64,000 bases of DNA, taken from contig OZ336880.1 in assembly GCA_965287045.1 (NCBI GenBank), positions 40,796,001 through 40,860,000 on the forward strand, in the 5' to 3' direction. The position numbers and the translations under genes are program-made. A model generated the notes under the pieces. That model was given only the letters and a program-made list of their open reading frames with translations, was not told the origin of the DNA and ran no database searches. This document shows, piece by piece, positions 38,170 to 51,432 of the stretch (positions within the stretch are counted from its first letter, which is position 1; every line of letters starts with the position of its first letter). This DNA is from Carcharhinus amblyrhynchos (lineage: Eukaryota).

Positions 38170-40620
38170 AATAACTACATGTTATGTTATGGCATCTTTG
38201 AAATAAGAAAAAGCACCCCCTGTGTTTCACAAAATTGATTAAACAAAAGTGGATGCTGAACCAAAGCTGGAGATTTTAGGAGAATTGAGAAAAAGCTATG
38301 TTGAAAAGATGGGGTTTAAGTAGTGTATAAAAGAAGAGTGGAGAGTTTTGGAAGAAAATTCCAAAACTTGGAACTGAGATGGCTGAAGGTTCAGCCATCA
38401 TTGGAGGCGTGAATAAAGGGGAGGTGGCACAAGTGACCAGAGACAGAAGAACAGTTGGGTTCAGGATATGGAATGGTGGTGTGAGTGTTGCAGAGGATTA
38501 AAGAGAAGGGATATAGGTTATGAATAAAATAAATTAAGAGAATGAGAATGTTAAACTGGAGTCTCTGGGAGAACACTACAGGAGTGACGAGTGAACTGCA
38601 CTTGTTGTAAGACAAGGTACAAGCAAGGGAGTTTTGAATGAATTGGTTCACAGTGGAGAAAAAGAAAACTTTGAGATAGTTGAGTCTGAAGGTGACAAAG
38701 ATATGGAGAAAGATTTCAGCAGAAAATAGGTTAATGCAAGGGCAACTGCAGAGGCAGGCAATATTATGGACGTTGTAGTAGGTGATTTTAGTGTTAGAGA
38801 GGATATAGGATTGTATGCACAGCTTCTGGTTGAATAATGTGCTGAGGTTATAAACAGATTGGTTCAACTTAGGTTAGTGGCTGGCATGAGAAGTGTAATC
38901 AGTGGCAAGGATAGAGAGCTATGACTTAGGTTGAAGATGATGGTTTCAGTATTACTAATTTTTAACAGGAGAGATTGTAGTTCAGCCAAGGCTGGCTATT
39001 GAAGAAACAGTTTGGCAGCAGAAATGCAATTCAGTGGTTAAGAAAAGTGATTGAAAGTTAGAGCTAGGTATCATTAATGTGCATATAGATGCTGTGTCAT
39101 GTCTTCAGATGATGTTGCCAGGGGAAAGAGCAAATGGGAGAACAGAACCGATCATGGATTGATGCTTTTGTGACTCAGGCAATGTGTGGGGCCAGGAAGC
39201 GAAGCCTTTGCTGGAGGAGGTTAAATAGATAGGAATGGACTCAAATGAAGGCAGATCCACTGAACTAGCCAAATGATTGGAAGCATTGGAGGAAAATAGG
39301 TATGGTCAACTATGTTAAAGCCAGCAGAGAGGTCAAGGAGCACTGGAACTGATAGAGCATGGTCGGAGAGAATGTCATTTGTGGCTTTAGAGCTGTTATA
39401 GTGTTCTAGCCGCAGACAGGAACTTGACTCAAACATGGATTAGTAGGAGAAATAGATGCCAATTTAAGAGGTGAGAGCACCTTCAATACTTTGGAAGGAA
39501 AATAAATATTGTAGAATCAGTAGTTTGCATGGACAAATTAATTCAAACTGGATTTTTGATGTGGGAGGGGGGATAATGATGGTAATTTTTAAAAGTATGA
39601 TAGTAATTGATGGAAGTGAATTGGTGTCATGAATGGGTTAAGCTCAGAGAGCGGGAGAAATAACATAGATGAGAAATAAAAAAGAATAGCTGCTCAGATT
39701 TAGGGTGGGGGAACCATATGTTACTTAGTTACCTAGGCAATGAAAAGAGAGGGAAGCAACAGGTGAAATTGAGCAAATGGTCTCAATCTCAATAGCAAAG
39801 AAGTTCATGATCTCTTCATACCTTTTGTAGATAATATTGATGGGAGTGGGAGGAGAGGTTTAAGGTTACCTTTGTTCCCAGGATGTATATTTTTGACACA
39901 GGAGAGTGAGGCCCAGTAGCATTTGTTGTGGTTGTGCAACATCCACCGATCAATGGCTAAAGCAGATGTGTGCCAGATACGCTCAAGCCCTTTGGAATCA
40001 AGAAAATAAAACTGACGCCTTGTCAAGGAGGATGATCAAGATAGAGTGAATTTGTTTGGCCAGGCCAGCATTTATTGCCCACGAAGGAAGATATTTTGGT
40101 AAGAAGCTAGAGGTGGGTCTTAGGTAGGAGGTAGAAAACCCACACTTTAAAAGAGGAAAGGGGTTTGGAAAAAGTTGAGGTGGGAAAAGGGGAAGATACT
40201 ATGAGATAACAGATCAAGGTGCGATTGGAGAATGTGGACAGTGTGGGGTGGTAGGTGGTAGAGCTTTTATCTATGCAAAGGATGGTGTTACCATCTGAAA
40301 CCCAAGTTTTTGTCATTGGCAGGTTGTCAATATTATCAGTTGCAAGTTTATGGATAGCAAGGACCTTTTCACAAGTGAATGGATATTCTGATGGGTTATT
40401 CAACAAGCTGCTGTGATTGTTGACCATCTGTGACTGGGGGCATTGGTGGGTGGAGTGAGCGGGAAGGGAAAGACGTTGGCAAAATTATTTCTGAGTATTG
40501 AGAGAGCAATGGGAAAAGGTGATGAAGCAGTTGTAATTGTTGCTTATAATGAGCCAGAGTTCAGTGCCTAAGCAACCATATAATACTAGTGTTGGAAAAA
40601 AACCAGAGCAGAGATTAAAA
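38170..40620 (-). mobile_element. Decayed L2-type LINE
   Basis: Minus-strand peptide KATNDIL...VLLDLSAGFNIVDH resembles the L2 RT motif LLDLSAAFDTVDH; purine-rich + strand. Ends are approximate. Confidence 0.65.
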
Positions 40621-41615
40621 TGTTGTTAATTGGTTCATTCATTTTGGTGCAAGGACTTGGGAGAATAATGAGAGGCATTGAATCAGATGCTCATTTAACT
40701 TGTGCTCCAATTGCCTTGGGTGAGATACATGTTAAGCTCCTATCCACTAATACCTGTTTAGCCCTCTTGGCTGACTTTCAAGCAGAGGTTGTAAAATGGA
40801 AACGTGAGTTAGTTCCAGTCCTTGACCCTGCATGGCACACACCTATGGAGATGTTCAATGCTCGAGCCAGTTGAAGGGCAAACAGTGGGCTCACCATCTA
40901 ATGAAGCTTGGCAGACCTGCATCCAGTGAGGGAAGGCAGACCTGCTCCCAATGCTAGAGAATGAATGGGAAGTCCTCCGGCACTCAATGATTGGTTGCTC
41001 CATCAGTTGAGGCAGGAGCTGCTAATCTGAAGATGGCAACAAGTTTATTGGTTTGGTGTGTGGGGGCTTCACTGCATGATCCATGAGTAAGCCCCATGAT
41101 TAACAATAATTGAGCAGCTGGCAGCGATATGTTCCTCAGACTGCAACATTCAAAATGGCTCTGGGTCAGACTCGTGGCAACGGTCCGTGGCACCAAACGG
41201 CATGCCTGTCTGCCTTCAATCTGCACCCCAAACTGATTTAAAAATCCCTCTCCTGTCAAAGTTGAATTTCAGTCCACTTTTTCCAATGAGAAACTGTAGC
41301 TGGAAAATCTTAATTGTTTCAAACAGCTGTTCAGGAAGTGGAATACTTGGATGTGGTCAATTAAAATTAAGTGTGCAGTTTTAACGTTCTGTTCTTTAGC
41401 AAATGGAATCAATCCCAGGAAGTAGCTTTTTTGTACATTTATTTAAAACTCCTTCAATTCTTTCTCTCTCTCAGATTTTTTTAAAATGAAAGTCTTGCTA
41501 TTTTGTAGTGCTACGAAGAAATAATAAATTGTTATTCAACAGTCAACTGTAATAAAAATTAGTTTATTGGAAATGAAAAGCTAATGTTTGGCCTTCTTTT
41601 CTGTCATTACTTCAG

Positions 41616-41900
41616 TTTCCGAGCCTCCTTCCTTCAAGGTGGAGCTGGAACCTTGTGCTGTGAAAGCTGGAGAACCTGCTCGATTCTGTGGTGTAATAGT
41701 TGGCACACCAAAATTAGAAGTATCTTGGTTCAAAGATGGCCAAAAGCTTTCCTCAGGATTTAAGCGCAAGTTACTTCATGACGAGAACCAGTACACTTTG
41801 TTACTGATTGAAGCACTCCCTGAAGATGCTGGCACCTACACTTGTGAAGCAAAAAATGAAATTGGGGTAGCTGTTAGTAGTGCTTCACTTGATGTTGAAG
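41616..41900 (+). CDS. ttn: Titin exon 42, Ig I14
   Basis: SEPPSFKVELEPCAVKAGEPARFCGVI...; 285 nt. Confidence 0.95.
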
Positions 41901-42331
41901 GTACAACTGATTGAATTGATTTATTTGCATGTTCAGTGTTTTGATATGTACAAGCTTTGTGTAATAGAGACTGTCTGCTGTTAGTTATACACAGGTATGG
42001 GGGAAATAAAATTACTCTTTGGTGATGGTGTGATATGAGCAATAGCAAATCACCAGCCTGTTTTGAAAGCAATGGAAAAGAAAATTAGATATTGTGTTAA
42101 ATGTACCCTTGGTGTATTTTTTGTTATTGCTCATTTTGTCCTATCGTTTCTATAAATAACAGTTGACTTGAGGTTCTGTGCAATTTAATCAGCGACGAGC
42201 GATCTGTTAAAATCTTCAAACTTATGCTGGTGCAGCCATGGATTTTCCTTTACTTTGCATAGTTTTCAAATCATCATTCTGATAAGCTAAGATGTGCACA
42301 CAACATTTTATGAATTATTTATTATTTACAG

Positions 42332-42457
42332 TTCCAGAAGTTGTCTCTCCTGAGGTAGAAGTACCTGTTTATCCACCGACCATCATAAGTCCAATACAGG
42401 ACACTTCAACCACTGAAGGAAAATCTGCTCAATTTCAGTGCCGTGTCACTGGAACAG
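42332..42457 (+). CDS. ttn: Titin exon 43, start of Ig I15
   Basis: PEVVSPEVEVPVYPPTIISPIQD...FQCRVTGT; 126 nt. Confidence 0.94.
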
Positions 42458-42699
42458 GTATGTTCAATATTTGTGTTTCAGTTCCATTTTTCTTATTCCA
42501 GTTTCCAGCTTCCACCCCTGAAAAGTTGACTTTTGCTAAGGTTCCAAATTTACACACAACGTTCTTATACTTTAGCCATTCTCTTTATTTGTGAACCCAG
42601 CCACCTCACATGGCATCGCAATGAGCTCCCTGTGCCACCTGTCGTTTGTACAATGGAAACATTTTTTTTCAAAATTATAACTCAAAGTGGAAAAAGTTA

Positions 42700-43245
42700 A
42701 GGGATAATATCCTGTACCCTAGGCTCCTAAAAGAGTTACCTGCGGAGATTTGCTGTTATGATTTTGCAAAGTCCCCTAGGTCCCAGTCAACTCGAAGTTG
42801 ACAAATGTAATTCCATTATTCAGGGAAGGAGGGGGAGAAATTAAGGAACTACAGGCCAGTTGGCTTGACATCTGTTGTTGGAAAAATACTGGAATCTATT
42901 ATTAAGGAAGTCTTAACGATGACCAGAGAAAGTCATTAAAGTTTTGCAAAATTGTGCTTGGAATTTTTTTGAGGAGAGCATAGATAACAGGAAACCCAGC
43001 TGATGTAATATAGTTGGATTTCCAAAAAGCATTTGGTAACGTGCCATTGCAAAGGTTTAAGGTACAAGCTAAAGATTCTTAGAATTGAGGGTAATATGTT
43101 AGAATAGTTAGAGGATAGGTTGGTGGACAACAAGCAGAGAGTAGGGTTAAAGGGGACATTTTCAAGTTGACAGGCTGTGACTAGTGGAGTACCGCAAGGG
43201 CTGGGGCTCAACTATTTACAATCTATATTAATGAATTATACAAAT
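42700..43245 (+). mobile_element. CR1 LINE reverse-transcriptase fragment
   Basis: Disrupted LDFQKAF, KQRVGLKGTFS and VTSGVPQG motifs. Confidence 0.8.
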
Positions 43246-43252
43246 AGACCAA

Positions 43253-43389
43253 GGGCACGATTTTACCAACTATTCGTGCCACACTCCTGCTGTAGCGAGG
43301 TCAGAGAATTTGGCACCCAGCCAAATCTCTGTTCGTGGCAGCGGGATGGGAAAATCCCACCAGCGTGAACAATGGTAATGTTCTGGCCC
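43253..43389. mobile_element. MITE-like element with imperfect terminal inverted repeats GGGCACGATTTTACC / GGTAATGTTCTGGCCC
   Basis: Similar short elements lie at ~3980-4100, ~11715-11810 and ~31418-31540. Confidence 0.5.
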
Positions 43390-43479
43390 AAGAATAATAA
43401 ACCTAAGATAAAAGCAAATCGCATGTGAGGACCCGACATGTTGGACCCTGCGAGTTGAGGAAACACAACCAACCCCTCA

Positions 43480-45680
43480 ACAATGAGAGCCATCCAACCC
43501 CCCCACATCATGCGGACATGAGGTTTATCTGACAGGACTTGCCACTCAGGCCCCCTTTGCCCCTGAATTCCCCAATCAGGGCCCCTTCCCACTCAGAACC
43601 CCCTCAGACCGCCCACTCTGGCACTTTTCCCACAGGCCCCCCGCTGAGGCCCCGTTTCACCCCTCAGAATGCCACACAGCCTCCCTTCCCCTTGGACTCC
43701 CCAAACTGCCACCATTCACCTTTAGACCCATCCCACTCAGTAACTAACACCCCCCCCACCCCACCTCACTGGTCCCCTTCCTCTTCAGACCAACCACTCA
43801 GCCTCCCTTCAGGCCATGCATCTTGGCAATGCCAACAGTGTACTGTCCCCTGGCATCCTAATGCTGACACATTGGCCTGGTGCCAAGGGCCCTGAAGGGG
43901 CTCAAGGAGGTAAGTCCAGTGACCATTTGTTCCTCAGAGGCTGACAGGCTGCAAAAGACTGATCCCTCAAGGGTCCTGGAAGTTGGGTGGGCTCAGGCTG
44001 AGGTAAAATAGCTGACCTTGCCACTCTCTGCTAGAATGGGGATGTTGTGGCTGGTCTGCCCTGCTAACCCTGGCAGACCTGAATATTGCCCTGGCATGGT
44101 GATTTCATGATGTGGGTATGCCGGCGTTGGACTGGCGTAAAGTGATTTCAGTCAGCCCTATGATCAAGACCTGGGTTCCTGTCTGTCAGCTGTGAAAATT
44201 CTGAAGTGGCCAGTTCGCTTTCATCTCCATGTCTCCCCCGGTCACCTGGCAGGATTTTAAGTCGTTACAGCATTTTGTTTGGCAGCCGAGATTTTCCTTT
44301 CACTCTGACCAAAGCTGCAGGTGTGAAGTCCTCTGACAGAAAGGAAATGTCAATTTCATCTTGGGCGTGCGGAGGCTCCATTCTGCACAGTCATGCATTC
44401 AGCCCCAATGTGTGCACGCAGTTTTGACTTTCTGAGGTTTCCTAGCAAGCTGAAATCTTGAAACCTATCCATTGCACTTGAAGCCTTTGACCTGCAACAA
44501 ATTCACTCTGCAGTGCCTCATAAAAGACTCAGCTGCCAACTCAGTGGACTTCTTTCTCCCTCCAACCACCTGTGTTTATTTTTATTTGCCTTCACGGTTG
44601 AACACCTCAAGTACCTCATTAATCCTGACCACAATGTTGACAGAATCTAAGTCTGATTGACTATTTGTAGTTTAGCTTCCTCTTCTGCAAACCACTTTAA
44701 AGAGGAAGTTAGACTACAAACTGTAAATCTGGCTTAGTCTCTGCCAACATTGTGGTCAGGATCAGTGAGGTGCATTCAACAAACTCAGGTGGCTGAAGAT
44801 GATAGAGACCCATTGAGCTGGCAGTTGAATCTTTTACTAGGCACTGCCTATTGAATTTATTGCAGATCAAGACTTCAAGTGCCATCGAGAAGGTTTCAAC
44901 AATTTCAGCTTATTGGGAAGTGTCAGCAACTTCAGATTGAAGCTCTGTGCATACATTAGGGCTTAATGCATATGGGGCAGACTGGACCCCCCTGCCCCAG
45001 GTGAAATTGACATGTCCTCTCTATCAGGGAACTTCAAACGGGTCTACTCTCACCTGCAGCTTCTGACAGAGAGAAAGGAAAATCTCAGCTGCAGAATGGA
45101 ATGCTGCAATGACTTAAAATCCTGTTAGGTTACCAGGCAGTATGGAGGTTAAAGTGACATGGCCACTTCAAAGTTTGCACAGCTGACAACCAGAAATGCA
45201 AATATTGATCACAGGGTTGCCTAAAATCATCATGCCAGGGGTGATCTTCATGTCTGCCATGGTCAGAAGGGACAGTCCAGCCAAGACCACCACCACCCCC
45301 CCCACCATGCTGATGGAGAGTGGCGAGATCAACCATTTGCACTCAGCTCTAATTAACCTAAACTCTAGGACCCTTGAGCGATCTATCCTCTGCAATCCTC
45401 TGCAGCCTAGCAGTAGCAGAGTGGCAAATGGCCTCCTCGAGCCCCTTACAGCCTAAAGCACCAGATCAGAGTGCCAGGGAACAGTTCATTGTGGCACTTC
45501 CAAGGGGCATAGCCTGAAGGAAGACTGAGTGGTGGGGGGCGGGGAGGGGATCTGAGAGGGGAGGAGGGCTGTGTAGGGAGGAGGTCGCGGGAGGAAGGGA
45601 CTGAATGTGGGGTCTGAGAGGAGGTGGGTCAGGTCACCTTATGTCTGCATGATGTTTGTGGGGAGGGATTACCCATTAAT
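43480..45680. repeat. Long diverged fold-back palindrome centred on 44685-44699
   Basis: Arms match in blocks, e.g. TTTGTAGTTTAGCTTCCTCTT vs AAGAGGAAGTTAGACTACAAA, and ACCACTCAGCCTCCCTTCAGGCC (43793) vs GCCTGAAGGAAGACTGAGTGGT (ending 45533). Confidence 0.85.
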
Positions 45681-48290
45681 TGTGGGTAGAGGGGAGGATG
45701 CCCCACTTTGATTGTTGGTGCTCCACTGGTCAGTCGGTGAGCTGGTGGGGGGGAGGGTTCCATTCAGGTTTTTTATCTGGGGTGGGTGTGTGGGGGGCTG
45801 TCTCCTCGCATGGGGATCGGAGGGTCCTTTAAAAATGGCAGCCCAGTCTCTGAACAGCGGGGATGACTGGTGGGATGCTCAAAATAAATTTATTAGCATC
45901 TTTCAGGTAGCATTGCGATGTTACTTTTTATCTGAAGTGTTATTCAAGTGTACTGTCAGGGATTGGGGTGCTCTTTTGTAGGAAGGCACGTACTTGTGCT
46001 CAGAAGAAGACCAGATGAATAACATTAGCATTTGTTAAGGGGACTTATCTTCAGCACAGAACTGCCAATATTCCCCATCCCCAAGGTTAAAGGACTATTC
46101 GTATTCAGTAATAAGGACAGGTGAAAAAATTCCTTTTATTCAAAAGCAAAAATAAAATGGTTTCATGGCAATACTTGTCTGTCCCTCAGAATAGAAAATG
46201 TAACAAAATGGTGACTTTGAAAATTGAAACACCAGGTTTTACACCAAATGCTGTTGGGAAATTTAAGTCTCTGACATTTTAATAAAATTTATATTCCTGT
46301 GCCCTTTTTAAGTGGAAATACCATGGAACCCTAATAATCTAAGTGTAGATATAACAAAGTCTTGTATATCCCAAGTTAGTGTCTGAACTCCCTCTTTGCT
46401 ATCTCTCTAACTGTCTCTAACTGGTTGCATACTTTTAAGGAGTTTTCAACAAGTACTGTTGGGCCTTTTCTCTCAGCTTGAAATTTATTAATTAAATTTG
46501 ATCATTCTACATTCATTGCAGAAGAACTTTCATTTTATAGATTTAAAATACATATTAGCACATTGTATTTGCGACTGAGATAAAGTTAGCAGTCTTTCAC
46601 TTGTGTGAAGGTATTTTGGCAAAATGGTTGTTGGAAATGTCAAACCTTTTCTTGTTGGACATAATACTGAAACAGTTCTATCCTTAATCTGGCTCTGACT
46701 GACATTAAAGCTAGCATTATATTGCTTCCAAAAATCCAACCCTTGTATGTGCCTGCTTCTACCTCTCTTTACTCTTCAAGACACTCTATGAAACCTATCA
46801 CATTGATCAAGCTTTTGGTTATCTGCTTTGATACTTCTTTACCCTAGAATGGTCACAACGCAGAAAGATGTTATTCAGTGCATTGTATCCTCACTGCTTT
46901 TGTACAAGAGCAACTCCACCATTCCAGTCCCTGCGTTTTTGCTGTAGTTTGGTAATTTTGTTCTTTTCAGTTAATTATCCAATCCCTTTTCAAAGCCATG
47001 ATCTGCCTCTAAGGGAATGGATTCATTGCGTGGGAAAAAAAAATTTCCTTCATGTCACCTTTGCTTCTTCTTTCATTCATCTTAAATCATTGTTTTGTGG
47101 TTCTTGATCCTACCGCTAAGGAAACAGTTTCTTCTTATCCACTATGTGCAGTCCCCTCATGATTTTAAACAGCTCTGTCAAATCTCCGCTAAACCGTGCC
47201 TTCTTGAAAGAGAGCAGCAAGTCCCTGAACCCTGGAAACACTCTGTGCAAATCTTTTCCTGTGCCCTTTCTAAGGCATTCACATTCTTAAGTGTAGTGCC
47301 CAGAAATGGACACAAATCTCAAATTGAGCTTGAATCAGCATTGAAAAATATTCACCATAAGTTTCTTGCTTTTGCACTCCATGCCTCTATTTATAAACAT
47401 AATTCCAAATATCTTATTAACAGCATTCTCAACCTGCCCTATCATCTTCAACACCTATATCCTATATTTAAACTCTTTTTAAATCCTGAGTGCAACATTT
47501 GCAATTTTGTAATCCTCTGGCACCTATTTCTAAAGCAGATGGGAAGATTATGACCAATGCCTCCATGATTGCCACGCTTACTTCACTCAGTATCGTCAGA
47601 TGCATTTGATGGAGTCGTAGTGACTTGTATAGCACAAGGTCAAATCTTATTTACTGTTGCTCATGTGCAGCACCGTGGGAAGTTTTACCACACGAATGAT
47701 ACTATATAAGTATCAGGGCTGCAGAGTTTGGTTATGTAGTACTAGTGATTTTGGAACTCTGAATTCTAGTTTTATTAGCAAATTACATCCACGGCATTTC
47801 TGCACACAGCCGGTGTGATGTGTATGAAATTCCAATTTGTTAAGTACAATAGGGAGTGTAAGTAAGACAGAAATATGCAGACTAGACAGATTATGATGTT
47901 GGCCAGCATCTGACACCGATTTAGCAATAGATGTGCCATTTTAGACCTTGCTATTCTTATTAATGCCCTCTTTGAAACACACCGAGATACCCCATCAATG
48001 TAATTTATAGATCATTAACGTCTTACAGGTCAATTGCTGCTGGCTGATCAAATTTCTGGAAGTGCTAAGTGGTGTTGCACATGGGGCGAATATTACTGTT
48101 AACTGCAAGGGCTCTGAGTACACCACATCATGGGCAATAGTAGCAGTTTCCTTGGGTTGGAACATGAAGGGAGATGGTGCAGAAGCAGCAATTGAGAAGA
48201 CAAGCCATATGGAGAGGGAGGAGGGAAGGAAAGAAGCAAGAGGTATTTACACACCTGCAATCCTCCCAAGCCTTCATCCTAACTCTAGTT

Positions 48291-48452
48291 ATGATGTGGA
48301 GGTGCCGGCGTTGGATTGGGGTGGGCACGGTAAGAAGTCTCACAACACCAGTCTATTTCTCCACTCACCTGATGAAGGAGCAGCGCTCTGAAAGCTTGTG
48401 ATTCCAGATAAACCTGTTGGACTTTAACCTGGTGTTGTGAGACTTCTTACTG
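48291..48452. mobile_element. Penelope-like family A copy with target-site duplication TAACTCTAG
   Basis: Duplication at 48280-48288 and 48453-48461; arm GTAAGAAGTCTCACAACACCAG and its reverse complement. Confidence 0.8.
48365..48401 (+). ncRNA. Minimal hammerhead ribozyme motif, sense to the ttn pre-mRNA
   Basis: UCAC-CUGAUGA-A-GGAGC(AGC)GCUCU-GAAA-GC-UU-GUGA. Confidence 0.65.
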
Positions 48453-49122
48453 TAACTCTAGCTAAGTCTGGGTCAGGTGTCTACAATTTACCAAGGAGAT
48501 GGCCAAAGAACACTACTTTTTCTTGGGAACTAGACCTGAAGTTTTTGAGCAGGGTGAAGACAACGTTGTCAGTGTCTATAATGGTGACTGTGGCACTTAG
48601 TTTTTCCACAACCAGCTCTGTCCAAGCTGGAAAAAAAAATGACATGGCTAACACCTGATTCACCTTCCAGTGATGGAAGGGAGAGGTGATGGTGCTTCTG
48701 TCTGCCAGAAGACGGGACTTCATTGTGTTTCTCTGAACAGTGAGAAGCAGGAGGAGCATGTATCTTGCTTTGGAAGGAAAGCGGGCTTCTCTTTGGCGCA
48801 GGCTGCCATCTGCTGCATACATGTGGCTTTAGGGACATTATGTTTGGATTTTCATCATCAGGCAGGCAGTGGGAGTTGAAGAAATTCCCAGCTTGGTTCA
48901 TCTAGGAGAAATTGCCCAAAAAGCTGGGTCTTAATTGTGGAAATGTAACTGTGGTTGAGCTGTAATCAGATCAGCTGACCTGGGAGTGTTTGAAGGCAGC
49001 CCAGGTGATCCAACAGCCTAATGGATTTTGAGGTTTTTAACCAAGCATTCATAATAAGGGCTTGGCTGAGAGCCCAGCAATCTTATTAGACTGTTAAAGC
49101 ACCTGACCTTTCGAAGAAAACA

Positions 49123-49206
49123 TTGCCATGATTCATTGAAAACCTGGTCTGACTCCATGAAATTTTGCCACGATTCATTAAAAACCTGGTATGACCCTGT
49201 GAAATA
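49123..49206. repeat. 42-bp imperfect tandem duplication
   Basis: TTGCCATGATTCATTGAAAACCTGGTCTGACTCCATGAAATT followed by a variant copy. Confidence 0.7.
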
Positions 49207-49379
49207 GGCATGGTCTGACTCCATGCCTATTCTCACAATGGAATTGGCCAGGTCAGCAGTACAGGAAATAGACTTCGAAACCCTGGGAATGGGGTCAGGA
49301 ATTCCCGAATCAGGTCTGGCCACAATTTCTAAAGGACTTCTACATCATCCTGACTGGGTGAAAATCCAGGCCTACATTT

Positions 49380-49800
49380 CAACTGTGAGCTATTCCAAAA
49401 CCATAAACTCAGGGGTTGTATGCCATGCTCAGCACATCATGTCACTGAATGCCTACTGTCCTGGAAATAGTCATGTTGCATTTATTCTATGCCAGTTGCA
49501 ACTGTCTTTCAGCCATAAGGTCAAAACATAGGTGGGCAACATGAGTTACCTACTTTATACCTGGCTAATGAAACCCCTTTACAAACTAACCACATATAGC
49601 AAGCATGCTACCATGGGAAACATCATTGGGCAGAAGAAGGAGTGCTGGAGCATTGGGTATGCTGTCTAGATTACTGTGAAGGTGCCCCCCACTATTGACC
49701 AGAGCGAGTATCCATTTTGTAACGGATGGTTGCATACCTTATAACTTGGTCATCATGATAGCACAACTCTTGCCACCAAGAATATGGCAAGTACTTCAGA
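49380..49800 (+). pseudogene. Second PIF/Harbinger transposase relic
   Basis: VVCHAQHIMSLNAYCPGNSHVAFILCQ resembles HARBI1-type VCD..I..VNARYPGSSHDAFIL; SYLLYTWLMKP lies downstream. Confidence 0.6.
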
Positions 49801-51432
49801 AAGAGAAGCAAGAGGACAGGATGGACTGTGTATGAACATGTAATTCAACTTCAGTTCTTGTGAATAATGCCACAAATCTTAATTTTTATAACAAGACACC
49901 CAAATACTCCACAAAATATTCAGCTAATTACTTTTGTGCATTTCCTTTATGTCTGCCTTCTATGTCCCCATGACTATCCTAGTGCTTCAGTATGGTGTTA
50001 CCTCAGTGACGGTTGCATGAGCGATGGAAGGTAGGAAATTGCAAACAACCTTGGACGGCAGTTTTTAGCAGCTCTGGGCCATGGTTCAGACTGCACTGCC
50101 TCAGCAATCTGGGCTGACTGGCTTACAAGGCAGCAGCAAGAGCACTGGCAGGCTGACAGCAATAGAAGTATAAATGCTATCATCCTGAGGGAGTATAGCA
50201 CTTGTATACTCCCAAGCAATCACTGCTACACCACCTCAGCAATCAAGTAAGCTTCTGGAGGACATATTGCCAGACAGTGAGACTCTGCAACCCCCTTGAG
50301 CACTGCTGCCTGCAGCCATGTTGGCAGCACTCTGAGCCTACATGGCACCAAATTGGACTTGTTTGGCAATAAGCTGAGATTTCATAACTTCAGTTTGAAT
50401 TTCCACTGTCGTACTGACATGTTGGGGGCTTCTGTTTTGCTGCAATGGAAGTCAAAGCATCAGACATCGGACTATGGTTGGGTCTAGAATGTTGTCATGG
50501 AATTTGCCACTACTTCCACACTGGAAAGAATGGGCTTCAAGCTCTGCACAAAACTCATGCCAAGTTGGAGTCATACTTCTGCATATTTCTTAAGGGGTGG
50601 CAGCCTTCCTGGCAGGTCTGCTAGTGCTTCAAGCATTTCTTTCTGCGTGCCAGCTAGCCTTGTTGGATGAGGGTGAAGCATGACTTGAGAAGCTGGGCCA
50701 TCAGGAGGAACATAATGTCATCCTCAGTGGATTAAACCCTGCCACAGGCCCCTGCTTCAGTAACAACTCTTCCACTGGTGGCAAGCACTGTCTCCTCCAT
50801 GGAGATCAGCACATGCAGTCTTCCCACACTCCCTTCTCACCCCACCCTGGCAGGTGCCACCTTGTCCTAAGGAGAGAGTAGGAAGTGTGTCATTGAGTGT
50901 GGTGCAAAGTGTTTGGATATTGTCTATGCCACAGTTGAACAGCTGGCAGAATGTACAAGTTGTGAGATGCAAGTTTGCATCTGCAAGCTGCACAGTCACT
51001 TGGAAATATTTAGCTGTAACTCTCAGGCTGTGCTGCACTTCAATCTGTGCTATGCTAAAAATTTGCAGTTCTTCCTCTTGGTTAGCTAGCACTTAACGTG
51101 TGGATTTCTTCTATCTTTACAGTGTGGTTCTCTAACTCCACTTCTTTTGTTGTTTTTGCTGCTGGGTGTTCCCATTGTTTCTACAGAGTACCACTTTCTG
51201 CCCTTCCTTCTTTTACATAATCAGTTCATATCCTTAATCAATTTTTATATGCTGTATATATATTTCAGCTGCATTATTTCAAATTATAAGCACTGCACAG
51301 TTACATTATTTGAATTTAATTGTGATACTTTTAAGTTAATGCTGTAGCTTATTAAGTTGAAGTTTGTTTGTGAGATTACAACCAATTTGCAACATTTTGG
51401 TGAAACTGCATTTTTTTAAAAAATACATTTAG

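Noticed and set aside
43539-43895. Pro-rich 118-aa ORF as a PEVK-like exon
   Set aside because: It arises from the C-rich arm of the fold-back repeat, lacks Glu/Lys richness and has no convincing splice sites.
46868-47553. 79- and 152-aa + strand ORFs in intron 43
   Set aside because: No recognisable domain; the sequence looks like decayed antisense LINE 3' sequence.
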